Below the pieces are notes generated by a model. The model was not told the DNA's origin. It worked only from the letters and a program-made list of their open reading frames with translations, and ran no database searches. DNA of 64,000 nucleotides from Octopus vulgaris (lineage: Eukaryota), in assembly GCA_951406725.2 (NCBI GenBank), contig OX597828.1, forward strand, positions 21,886,001 to 21,950,000, written 5' to 3'. The position numbers and the translations under genes were made by a program. Within the stretch, counting starts at the first letter, position 1; each line of letters begins with the position of its first letter. This document shows, piece after piece, positions 42,031 to 53,826 of the stretch.

Positions 42031-43498
42031 GTTTCAATGTTGTAAGAGCTGGTAAAGCCTTCATGCTTCACTATTGCTGACACAACTTCTGTAAAGGACT
42101 GATAGCGTGATATTTGGACGTTGTCACAGATATACTCCTGTTGACATGAAATGTCTATATCATTTACATAGATTTTATGTGTATCTTAACTTGCTAGATG
42201 CGTCTGGATTTTCTGGATTTCATCAGTCAACCATTTATTCTTGAGAATCGGAAGAAGAGAATGAAGCTCACACCGAATGAACTGTTACAGTTTTTCTGCA
42301 GTGTGTAATGAGGGATTGCTCAGATTTTGATTTAGGGTTGAGTTGATATTGACCAGGATTTTCTTAACTGTAATGGCAGTCCTATCAACCAAACAGGAGT
42401 AGTTTGTTTTCATACTGAGCTCGATGATTTCGCCAGCGGCTCTAAGGAGTGTGGAACATAAGGAAAATTTCTCATGCGCACTATTCTGCGTGCATATGTA
42501 TTTAAGTGGGTATGCGTATGTGTGTGTATGTGTATATGAATATGTGTGTCAGAATGAGATTAAGTGCACGTGGGTGTATCTTTTAAAGTTTCCTTGTTTC
42601 ATTCATTGAACTGCGACCATAGTGGAGCACCATCTTAAATGGTTTTATCGAACAAGCCGTCACTAATGCTGCTTTTTGTCCGGTACATATACTATTGAAC
42701 TTATATATGTATATATATATTTATATATTTATATGTATATATATATATATATTTATATATATAAATATATATCTATATATATTTATATATCTATATATAA
42801 CGAATGTATACACACACTCCCCTACACTGATAGGCATATGTATCCATTCATGATAATCGTCGTAGACATAGACATGTTTAGTAATTGAAAGATGTTTCAT
42901 GAAAAATAAACATCGAAGGACTCAGGAGAAAAGCTCACGCAATCACAAACCGATAGACAGAGAACCGCGAATGCAAAAGAAACAGAAGCTAGAGATACGC
43001 AAACAACATTTGCCTGTATGTGTATATATATATATATATATGTGTGAGTGTGTGTGTATGTGTGTGTGTACTTGCAATACACACAAAAGCACATGTAGAC
43101 TAATAACAAGATATATTTGCCAGACCAAACATAACTTTGAATTTACGACGGAAAAGCAAACATCTATATACATTTTAGAGTTTGCCAAAAATTTTTCAGT
43201 AGTGGTGGTTCTCTTATTAGATTTGTTATCAGGAATCCTGCATGAGTAAAACAGAGAAATGAAGAGGCTTATCATACAAATGGTGTGTCTAAGTTACAAG
43301 GAATTAGCAACAGAAACTTTTTTTTTTCCTGGTTTCATGTTCCTCAGACAGAAAATAATAAAGAAAAAAAACCACACACAAACACACAAATAAACGAAAA
43401 AAAGAAAGAAAATAACCTATTTAACGAAAACAAAAAAATCATAAAAAATATTGTGTAAGATGGAACCGAAAAGAGTTTCCAATTATTATTATTACTAA

Positions 43499-43568
<70 letters not shown>

Positions 43569-43576
43569 CATTATTA

Positions 43577-43619
<43 letters not shown>

Positions 43620-44090
43620 CATCATCATGTTGTTGTTTTTTGCTTTTTTCTTAGTTATTATTGGTATTATTATTATCAATAAAAATATTGTTATTGATAT
43701 TGTTATTATCAATATTACTCGCAGAACTAGTAGTAGCAGTACTGGAGTATTAGTAGTGGTATTAGTAGCTGTATTAATAGTAGTGGTAGTAGTATTTGTA
43801 GTGGTAACAGTAGTATTGGCTTGTTCCGTGTAGCATGTAATAATTTTCTTTGATTTCGATGTTTGACGCATTTAACCAACTGGCTTAAAAGAAAATCTCT
43901 TTTTACTGTGCTTCCGACAATCTCCCTATGTTCGGTGGTGTGTACGTTTGTATTTGTGTGTCCGCTTATATATGCATGTATATATATATATATATTATTA
44001 TCATTATTATTATATATATATACTTCTTTTAATATCTCTACCGTCATTCATATTTATACACGTACATATATATATAAATATATATACATA

Positions 44091-44134
<44 letters not shown>

Positions 44135-44203
44135 TTATGTGTGTGTACTTATATGTTGTTTACATGCTTGCATATACAAAGGCATACACGGTACTTATAA
44201 ACT

Positions 44204-44235
<32 letters not shown>

Positions 44236-44544
44236 TATATACATATATATATGCATATATAAATATACATATATATATATATACATATATGTATATATGT
44301 ATGTATATACATACGTATATGTTGATATGTATGCACGCAAACAATAAATGCATATGTTTATTCATTAATATAGTTATTTATATCGTTGGAATATATGTTT
44401 GAATTCCCCGATGATCGTGGAGGTCCAATCTTAATGCAGAAGCCTAATGTGCCACAGTGTCCGATATACAGCGATATTATTGGAATAGTTATCATACAAC
44501 CCGCCACACGCTCACACACACACAAAACACACACACAAATACCA

Positions 44545-44576
<32 letters not shown>

Positions 44577-44976
44577 ACATATGCGTACATACCTACAGAC
44601 GTAATATATAGACATACATACAAAGACACAATCGCGGGCGCGCAGCACAAAAACAGACGGACAAACACACTCACACACATGCATATGTGGTTGTGTGTGT
44701 ATAATATTTTTGAGTGTGTATCTGTGTGTCTACGTGTCTCGTCAACGATTCTACGAAAGCAAACATCTATTGATGGAAGAACTCGTTGCTGTAGCTAAAG
44801 TCAAATTTATTTTCGAAAACCGGTTGACGATACATTAAGCATCGCCTGTCAGCCTTTTCTTTATAGTACACTCACAGTAACACATACACACACACATACT
44901 CACACACGCATACACACTCACAAACTCCCACCCCACAAATGTATACATGTACATATATATACATATATACATATGT

Positions 44977-45036
<60 letters not shown>

Positions 45037-45140
45037 GGCAATTGCTAAAAAGCATTCGTGAAGTAAAATCATGTAGCAAGACCAAATGGCGGTGCCCCAG
45101 GATGGCCACAGCTCATGAGCTGAAACTAGATAAAATAAAA
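45037..45140 (+). mobile_element. Very short 3' end of a CR1(Zenon-like) LINE
   Basis: TGTAGCAAGACCAAATGGCGGTGCCCCAGGATGGCCACAGCTCATGAGCTGAAACTAGA matches the 3' end of 52284-52797. Confidence 0.75.
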
Positions 45141-45183
45141 TTAAAAAATTTTAAAAATAAAATAAAATATATACATATATATA

Positions 45184-45241
<58 letters not shown>

Positions 45242-45338
45242 GGAGTAAACACATAAATATGAAACAAGGTGGAAAAAAGAGTACTCAAATACCAGTGGTA
45301 GAGTAATATGCTTTATTTTAAGCAGCAGAAAATTCAAC

Positions 45339-45386
45339 AAAATCTGTTACTCTGAGTTTCTCGTTGCCGTTCATCAGACAGTTTTT
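45339..45386 (-). ncRNA. Type I hammerhead ribozyme in the PLE pLTR
   Basis: AAAAACUGU-CUGAUGA-aCG GCAA CGa-GAAA-CUCaGAG-UA^ACAGAUUUU; same strand as the PLE ORF. Confidence 0.75.
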
Positions 45387-46498
45387 ACTAGAATGGAACC
45401 GATATATCAATTCAATCTAGACTCTTACAAACGCTACACCTTTAAAAAAAATGGACTTGTTTGATTGGCCCTTTAGAAAAAATCTTCGAGCGGTAAACAA
45501 AAAAGCTCAAAAATATATGTATATATATATAAAAAATTATAAAAATTATAAAATTCGAGGAAAAAACCTTACATTGAATAAAATACATATTGACGTTAAT
45601 GAAGAAAGTATAATTAATGCATAGAAATTAAGACCTATTATAAATATTACACTGCAATACATATTTATATTAAAGTGTACATATATATATCAACATACAC
45701 AGAAGGATGCGAGCAAACGCCATACATATACAGACGTATAAATATAAATCTAAAATATACACATAAATGCACGCGTACATATATGCACACAATCTATCTC
45801 GCACGCAAGCTAAAATCATCGATGTAGCGATTCTCATATACTGAGTAAAGCTTAAGTAAGGGGGACGTAAAGTTGCATCAGTTAGAGAAAAAAACGAAAG
45901 AAAGGAAGAGAGAGAAAAAGGAACGAAGAAGGGGGAAGGAAAAAAGAAAAAGGAGGGGTGGGGAAAAAAAGGAAATAAGAAAAAATTATGTATACAAGCT
46001 GTGTAACGGCATTATTGACATATATGGAGACAAGTATACAAATACACAAGTTCGAATGGATACATACACATACAGTCGTGTATATGTGTGCTTAAGCACA
46101 AACATACGCTCACTTACACATACACAGATACGCATGCTTACAAATACATACCCATGGCTATACACATACTTATATCAAAATTCTAATTTTTGACAACATT
46201 GCTTTTTTTTTAAAAAAATGAGTGCAATAATAAAAAATATATACGAAAGACATATAAAACAAAATATAACATCCTATTTTGGATCATCTGTAAATTATAA
46301 ATCAAGGTAATCCTATACAATACAATAACATGAAATAAACAAAGTCGAAGGTTTTTCCTAATGTATATGTAGAAATATAAGACTTTGCTATACGGAATGA
46401 AATCTGCATAGCGCGAAACAAAATCCATCGTAGCGTTTACATACTAGTTCAAGAGTCAAAATCAAAATTTCAAAAATCAAAAATGCAAAATATATGCT

Positions 46499-47279
46499 CT
46501 ATCCATATGGTATATTTATATTCGACATTTTAAATTTAGTTGCGTGCCTACATAAGTTCATTAGCTCACTTCTTTGATTCAAAGGATTATTGTCTTTGAA
46601 TAAAATGTACATTTTTTCTAATAGGCAAAGTTTACATTTAAAATTATTTCTGTATGCTCCATGCCTGTATAGTGCCGCCCTGTCCAGAATGCTCCATGTC
46701 ACGCTGAAAGGTGGGGTTTCCTTTTCTTTTAGTTCTCAGACATATTTTGCTAGGCTGATCCTCTTCCTATTCTCTGGGTATTTAAATGAATTTTTATGAG
46801 AATAAAATCGTGTTTTAAATGAATTTTCTGAAGCCCCTGTGTATGTCTTGTATTCCGATGAGCCTTCTACTTGCACCTTGGCTCTATAAACTACTCCTTT
46901 CACTAGAAATTTCCCTTCTAACGGACAGGAGCTTTCGTTTTTGCAATTGCATTTCTTAATGGGCTCGGCACCATGTCTAATCTCAATTAGCTTCCTATTA
47001 TGCGGGCTAATGTAAGAGGCGAAATTTCTGCAACAAGAATAGCTAACCTTCAGGGTTCTTCTATTAAATATCCTATATAATTTATGACCCTGCTTAAAAT
47101 ACTTAGAGACTAATCTAAAAAATTCCTTACCTATATTAGTCTTTACGGCCAAATTGAAAGCCGGGTTGAACCACAAAACTTTCCTGGTCTTAGTTCTTCG
47201 TGCAGCATTATTACCAGCATTAAGCTGGTGGTACTGGATCTTCTCAGAGAATCCACTATTCTTTAATGCGCTATCGTAG
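46499..47279 (-). pseudogene. PLE C-terminal linker plus GIY-YIG endonuclease remnant
   Basis: RKVLWFNPAFN..KTNIGKEFF..IFNRRTLKVSYSC..CNCK..CPLEG..GVVYRAKV..YTGASENSFKTRFYSHK..YV*ELK..CKLCLLEK..LNQRSELMNLCRH; one in-frame TGA at 46736-46738. Confidence 0.9.
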
Positions 47280-47367
47280 GATATTTAATAGAAGAACCCT
47301 GAAAGTTGAATTGCTGAATTGTTGAATTTTCTGCTGCTTAAAATAAAGTATATATATATATATATAT

Positions 47368-47952
47368 CCTGCCATGACCATTGTGGACACCCCCTCTCTC
47401 TATCAAGTGGTTACAGACGGACACACAGACACAGTCTTTTCTGTTGCTTGACCATTAATACCCGCTATATATCTCCCTTTTGCTGCCTTCGAAACACACT
47501 GCCACACATACATAGACGCACACACACATACATGAAAGCAATTTCTCAGGCTCAAACACTCTAGCACTCATTCTTAAAATAATTCAAATATTAACACCAG
47601 TCATACAGAATACATTCACACTCTTTGATTTTCCTGTACTCCCCTTCTGCTAACCGGATTTTGACCTTGAATTATCTCAACGGACCTTCTCGTCTGCTTT
47701 CACCCAGCCTGGCGTCAACGCATATAGATAGACAGTTTGTGCCATTTATTCAATGGGCTCCTCGTGAGCGTTTGTCGAAAAGCTTGCTGTGCATTTTGTT
47801 GGAGAATTAAGTTCCTGGATTTTCCTGAAGAGAAGGCTGCAAAATGGACTCCTTATTCAATCCGAATTAGGGACTTTGCAGCCTTTGAAACATATGTAGA
47901 TAATAATAAAAAGGAATTTTGTTAAATCTTCGTTCAGCTCCATTTCTTCCTA

Positions 47953-47957
<5 letters not shown>
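47368..47957 (+). mobile_element. ~590-bp non-coding element between (TA)n arrays carrying a hammerhead
   Basis: (TA)n-bounded; its 3' terminus AATCTTCGTTCAGCTCCATTTC recurs as AATCTTCGTTCAACTCCATTTC at ~60963-60984. Confidence 0.55.
47819..47904 (+). ncRNA. Type I hammerhead with extended stem II and palindromic stem III
   Basis: AUUUUC-CUGAAGA-GAAGGCUGCAAA...UUUGCAGCCUUU-GAAA-CAUAUG-UA^GAUAAU; 12-bp stem II. Confidence 0.78.
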
Positions 47958-48047
<90 letters not shown>

Positions 48048-48133
48048 AATGTATATATATATATACACATATATACATATATATACATGTATGTATGCAT
48101 ATATACATATATATACATATATATATATATATG

Positions 48134-48170
<37 letters not shown>

Positions 48171-48174
<4 letters not shown>

Positions 48175-48377
48175 AATGTGACATCGTGTGTACCGTTGGC
48201 GATTTTTTTTCCGCTGTCTTCCCTTCTCTGGATCTTTCCTTCTCCTATGTTTCCGACGAAGAGCTCCGCTCGAAACGTTAAACCCTCCATCTTTCCTTCT
48301 TTCCTGAGCGTCCAATAATACTATATTTGTTCCACGTCCTCCCGTTGTGATTTTTTGTGCTTTCTTGTTTGGATTAA

Positions 48378-48380
<3 letters not shown>
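48171..48380 (+). mobile_element. Solo PLE pLTR-like element in (TA)n
   Basis: (TA)n on both sides; 3' part homologous to 59118-59203 (minus); contains a hammerhead-like motif. Confidence 0.7.
48249..48283 (+). ncRNA. Minimal hammerhead, U4C core variant
   Basis: GUUU-CCGACGA-a-GAGC ucc GCUC-GAAA-CG-UU^AAAC. Confidence 0.62.
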
Positions 48381-48463
<83 letters not shown>

Positions 48464-48687
48464 ACATCCACTATAAATTGCATCTACGTGTAGTTATCCA
48501 TATTTGTGTATATTTGTGTTTCTGCGTAGGAACGTATATTACATATATATACATACAAACGCATATGCCTATATATATATAAGACAGAAACATATTTTTG
48601 TTGGTTTTGTGACGTGGATGAAACGTTCCTAAATCAAGTGAGGCCGTCATACAGACAAATATTGAAATTTACATAGATACACACACA

Positions 48688-48763
<76 letters not shown>

Positions 48764-48820
48764 TCTATGTGTATGTGCTTGCGTGCACGTTTGTGTGTGC
48801 TTGTATAAACATGCACGCAT

Positions 48821-49035
48821 TTACTCTTTGATCTGTTTCAGTCATTTGACTGCGCCCATGCTGGAGCACCGCCTTTTGTCGACCAAATCGACCCGAGGAC
48901 TTATCCTTTGTAAGCCTAGTACTTATTCAATTGGTCTCTTTTGCCGAACCGCTAAGTTACGTGAACGTAAACACACCAGCATCGGTTGTCAAGCGATGTT
49001 GGGGGGACAAACACAGACACACAAACATATACGCC

Positions 49036-49080
<45 letters not shown>

Positions 49081-49237
49081 TACGACGGGCTTCTTCAGTT
49101 TCCGTCTACCAGATTCACTCACAAGGCAGTGGTCGCCCCGTGGATATTCCAGAAGACACTTGCCCAAGGTGCCACGCAGTGGCACTGAACCCGAAACCAC
49201 GTGGTTCGTTAGCAAGCTACTTACCACACAGCCACAC
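48821..49237 (-). mobile_element. SINE family A, full length
   Basis: Collinear with 1345-1751. Confidence 0.9.
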
Positions 49238-49904
49238 CTATACTTATACATATATCCATCGCAATGTATACATTTCGTATTACTTATATAAGCACACATA
49301 TATTTGTATTTAGTGGCTTTCGAAGAACCATGCAATATCAGTGAACCAGCGAAGAAACAGTGAAAACCAGGATAGGGCACAGAACGAAATCATGACGCAA
49401 TGCATAAGGAACACAAGAGGAAAGATCGTAGCTCTAACATAGTAAAACTTTCAGTTTGAGCTTGAAGGTAGGGTAGATAAATATGTGTTTGTGCTCAAAC
49501 CAAGGAAGCTAATGACCTGAGCTAAAGTGATGCAAATATCTTTCATAGGAGTAACAATAGCAGATAAAGATACTTAAATACTTAAACAAATTGAGGTCAG
49601 AGTTGGCCCCTGACGTTATTAACTTAATAGCGTCACCTAGGAAAAGACTAGGTTTCCTATTAGGAAAACCTATTCTTTTTTGTGTACTAAACTCATTCAA
49701 GAGGGTTTTCTGGCCAGGGTCTATAGCAGAAGGCACTTGCCCAAGTATTACACATTAGGAATGAACCCGGAATCACACAGGTGGGAAGTAAACTTCTTAC
49801 CACAGAAGGTGTTTATAAGGTGTTTATAACAGCATCTCAAATACAGACGTATACATGGGAATACGCGTGTTTAACCTCACATATATGTGAATGTATGACA
49901 TGTT

Positions 49905-50143
49905 TTCTTTCGGCACTGTAGCCCACCCGAGTAGAGAATCATTATTTGCAGAGATATACCTGGTTGTAGACAGTGCATCTGGAATTTCTTGGAGATATTC
50001 ATCCCAGAATCGTTTGAGTGTTTTGAAATTTTCTAGTTTCCTCATGACTCTTAAAAAGACGTTAAAGGGAGTAGGGACAACTGAGGTGAAATAATTCTGT
50101 TTTAGTGTTATAATGTGAGGCGATGCGTATAAGATGTTCTGCG
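49905..50143 (-). mobile_element. Degenerate CR1-like ORF2 C-terminus
   Basis: PTPFNVFLRVMRKLENFKTLKRFWDEYLQEIPD...YISANNDSLLGW resembles the P.LFN.LP..R....FK..LD.YL..IPD motif of 52284-52797. Confidence 0.55.
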
Positions 50144-50504
50144 CAGCACAAAAAATAAATATTACGGAGATGTACATGCATAGCAAGTGACTTGATCTGA
50201 GATCGTGTGCTGAAACAAAAACAATTGTAGCGTGTTTATCAGGTGTTTATAAGCCATTTAAGAAACACACAAAAACCGTTAGATTCACTTCAACATTTAA
50301 ATTTAATTTGCCAAAATATTTTCTTCGCTTTGAGACTGCGACCTGTTCATTGACAAAATTCCGTGCTACAAATAAACAATTAAATAAATAATTGTTGTAG
50401 AACATTTAGAGCCACGAAAATGCATCTTGCTGTTATCTTAAAATACAAACAACTATTAGATCACACAGTACTAAATGCACTAACACATACGTAGATTATT
50501 TTAT

Positions 50505-50808
50505 TTGATTCATTAATCAGATTGTAGCCATAATGGGGCACCACCTTGAAGCGTTTTGATGAACAAATCTAAACGAAACTTATTTTACGCCTTGATACTT
50601 ATTCTATCAGCTTCTGCAGAATCGCTAGTATACGGAACGTAAACAAACCAACGCCGGTTGCAAGCGGCAGTGGGCGATAAACATAAAGAGGAACACACAT
50701 GTAGATATATTCATGTAGATACCAACCTACCTACCTACCTACCTACCTACCTATCTACCTACATACCTACCTACCTACCTATCTACCTACATACCTACCT
50801 ACCTACCA

Positions 50809-50868
<60 letters not shown>

Positions 50869-51062
50869 ACAAACACACATCTACATGTGTGTGTGTATAA
50901 CTAAACAAACTCACACGACAAATTTCTGTTAGTTTCTGTGTACCAAACCTTTTCAAGAGGGGTTTCTGGCCAGGGTCTCTAGCAGAAGGCACTTGCCAAG
51001 GTATTAAAACATCAGGAATGAACCCGGAAGCACACAGGCGGGAAGTAAACTCCTTACCACAG
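50505..51062 (-). mobile_element. Old SINE family A copy with expanded internal microsatellites
   Basis: GGCACCACCTTGAAG, TACTTATTCTATC, AGCAGAAGGCACTTGCC and CTTACCACA remnants in the expected order. Confidence 0.65.
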
Positions 51063-51412
51063 AGCAACCCCATATATAAATGCGTGTATGTATGCATGTA
51101 TGCATACACACATGTCTATGTATTCGTTTGTATGTAGGTACGTACGTATGTATATATGTACGTACGTATATATGTATGTATGCAGGTATATATATATAAC
51201 TGTTCTGTCTAGCGTGCAAGGAGTCCTATGATGGATGCCCCTTATGTGTTTAATTGTACACTGTATTCATATGAATAATATATAGTCTATTGACAAATTT
51301 TTTACTCGCTAGGCCACTGGTAGTAGAAATTGCTAATATTTCTTATTACCTTTGATATTATTAATCATATATATGTGTGTGTATGTATGTATATATATAT
51401 ATATATACATAC

Positions 51413-51508
<96 letters not shown>

Positions 51509-52123
51509 ATATTTATACACTCAAAGAGGATCTATTGCGCTATTTGCTTTCGCGATATTGATAAAAGAATGAATGTAATCTTGCGCAAAATTTCTCACCG
51601 GTTATATAGATATCGCGGTTGGCAAAGAGGTGTTCCTGTATTTTTGTCACATCTTCTATGCTACCTAATCTAGAAAACGATTTGTAGCTTATTAACTACT
51701 CGCTCTTTACTACGTATGCCATCTCCGAACTGATACAATCTATATTATTTCATTGCTTTTTGACTTCGAACTTTTTGTTAATGATTTCTGCATGAGAAGC
51801 CATATCAGGCGGACCATCAGGGATCTCTGCATATATAGCTTGAAGATATTGAGGGAACGTAGTGTTAGGATATTGTATTTTTTTTCTCAAAACCGCCATA
51901 GCTTCGTTGACGTATCCGTGTATGTACTCTCCTCGTTTACATCATCGCGTTTCTTTCGTTGATATTTCCCCCTTTCTGTTTCACCGTGTAATTTCACGAA
52001 TTTACAGGAACGCAAATGCAGGCGTATACAGAGGAATACGCGTATTTAACCCCACAAAAACATGTGTGTGAATATATGCATTTAACCGATATCAGGATAG
52101 GTCTCTATTGCTCTCTCTCTCTC

Positions 52124-52189
<66 letters not shown>

Positions 52190-52243
52190 CATACATACAT
52201 ACATATATACATACATACATATATACATACGTACATACATACA

Positions 52244-52279
<36 letters not shown>

Positions 52280-52283
52280 TATA

Positions 52284-52797
52284 TTTTTTTTCTCTCTAGT
52301 TTCAGCTAAGAGCTGTGGCCATGCTGATGCACCGCCGTTTTGCTACACTGTTATTACTAAGATCCTCCTCTAATATGTGGCACTTGGTGAAACATGGAGT
52401 TTGATATAGCTACCCACTTTTGCTCCTCTTGCCGTGAGGTAGGTTCATCTGGGACTCTCGACAGGAAGAGGTCCAACTTTGATTAAAAATAAACCCACAT
52501 CTACTTTGTGCAAGTTCCTCAGACTCATTGGGAGAATATTAAAAAGATGTGAGCCCTTGAAACCCAGCCTGTTGCAGTAACTGGTCCTGAAGCGTGATGG
52601 CACTATGCATTGTCGTCCCGTTCTGGCATTGGTGTAGCTTTCAATGCCAAAATTTGGCACAATTCCTTCCAGGATCTTCCAGATATATATTACTGCATAC
52701 CTCTCCCGTCTTCTCTCCAGGGAGTAGAGTCTTAGCTGTTTCAACCTTTCTCAGTGGCTGACCTGGTGCAGAGAGACAATCTTTCTTGTGATATACA
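52284..52797 (-). mobile_element. 5'-truncated CR1(Zenon-like) LINE
   Basis: ERLKQLRLYSLERRRERYAVIYIWKILEGIVPN...GFKGSHLFNILPMSLRN...LDLFLSRVPDEP; 3' end GGCGGTGCATCAGCATGGCCACAGCTCTTAGCTGAAACTAG plus A-rich tail. Confidence 0.9.
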
Positions 52798-52969
52798 TAT
52801 ATCGTAAGGAGGAGGGAGAGAGAGAAACGGAGATATTGAGAGCGGGATGGAGAGATGGATTGACAGATAGCTTCACGGGTATACATGTATATCCAAATAT
52901 ATACGAATACGTACATATACAGATAGATACATAAATACATATCTCTCTCTCTCTTTCTCTCTCTCTCAC

Positions 52970-53024
<55 letters not shown>

Positions 53025-53069
53025 ATATGCATATGTTCAATAAACACACACACACATATTTAAATAAAA

Positions 53070-53125
53070 ATGGCGGTGCCCCAGCATGGCCACAGCTCGT
53101 GAGCTGAAACTAGATAAAATAAAAT
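53070..53125 (+). mobile_element. Tail-only CR1(Zenon-like) insertion
   Basis: TGGCGGTGCCCCAGCATGGCCACAGCTCGTGAGCTGAAACTAGATAAAA. Confidence 0.75.
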
Positions 53126-53158
53126 AAAAAAAAAATAAAATACACATACACAGACATA

Positions 53159-53206
<48 letters not shown>

Positions 53207-53479
53207 TGTGAGTGTGGTGGGGGTCTCTGTGTATGCGTGTTTGTGTGTGTGTTCTGTACAGAACACACACATTTTATATAGTCATTAAAATATATATGTT
53301 TTAGAAACAATTCGAAGCTGTACGATTTTTAAAAAGATATCTCAACTATTTTCGTAGCCATTACTCTCGTCCGTAGTTTCACTGGAACAGAGACAACGGC
53401 ATTGGATAGCATCTCTAAAAAAAGACATCGCCAACTACACACACCACACCACCAACAGCAACTCCAAGATCACAACAGC

Positions 53480-53609
53480 AACGATAACATCACCACCACC
53501 AATACCACCACTGCCACTAACATCACTACCACCACCACCACCACCACCACCACCACCACTCTTGCTGCTACTACTATTACTACTACTGCTGCAGCTGCTG
53601 TTACTACTA

Positions 53610-53641
<32 letters not shown>

Positions 53642-53642
53642 T

Positions 53643-53675
<33 letters not shown>

Positions 53676-53702
53676 TTATTATTACTACTACTACTACTAC
53701 AA

Positions 53703-53733
<31 letters not shown>

Positions 53734-53753
53734 TACTTCCACTACTACTACTA

Positions 53754-53816
<63 letters not shown>

Positions 53817-53826
53817 TTACTACTGC
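53480..53826. repeat. Mixed trinucleotide array (CAC/TAC/TGC/TAT)
   Basis: Direct inspection. Confidence 0.9.

Larger units (their letters stand above)
45241..47353 (-). mobile_element. 5'-truncated Penelope-like element (Naiad/Nematis-like GIY-YIG end) with 3' pLTR and inverted 5' junction, in (TA)n
   Basis: Coding remnant 46499-47279; pLTR ~45241-45400 with hammerhead; inverted pLTR piece at 47319-47353; (TA)n on both sides. Confidence 0.85.

Noticed and set aside
46736-46738. In-frame TGA in the PLE ORF as possible selenocysteine
   Set aside because: It falls at the position normally Trp (YVW.LK), so a TGG>TGA nonsense mutation is simpler; no SECIS recognised.
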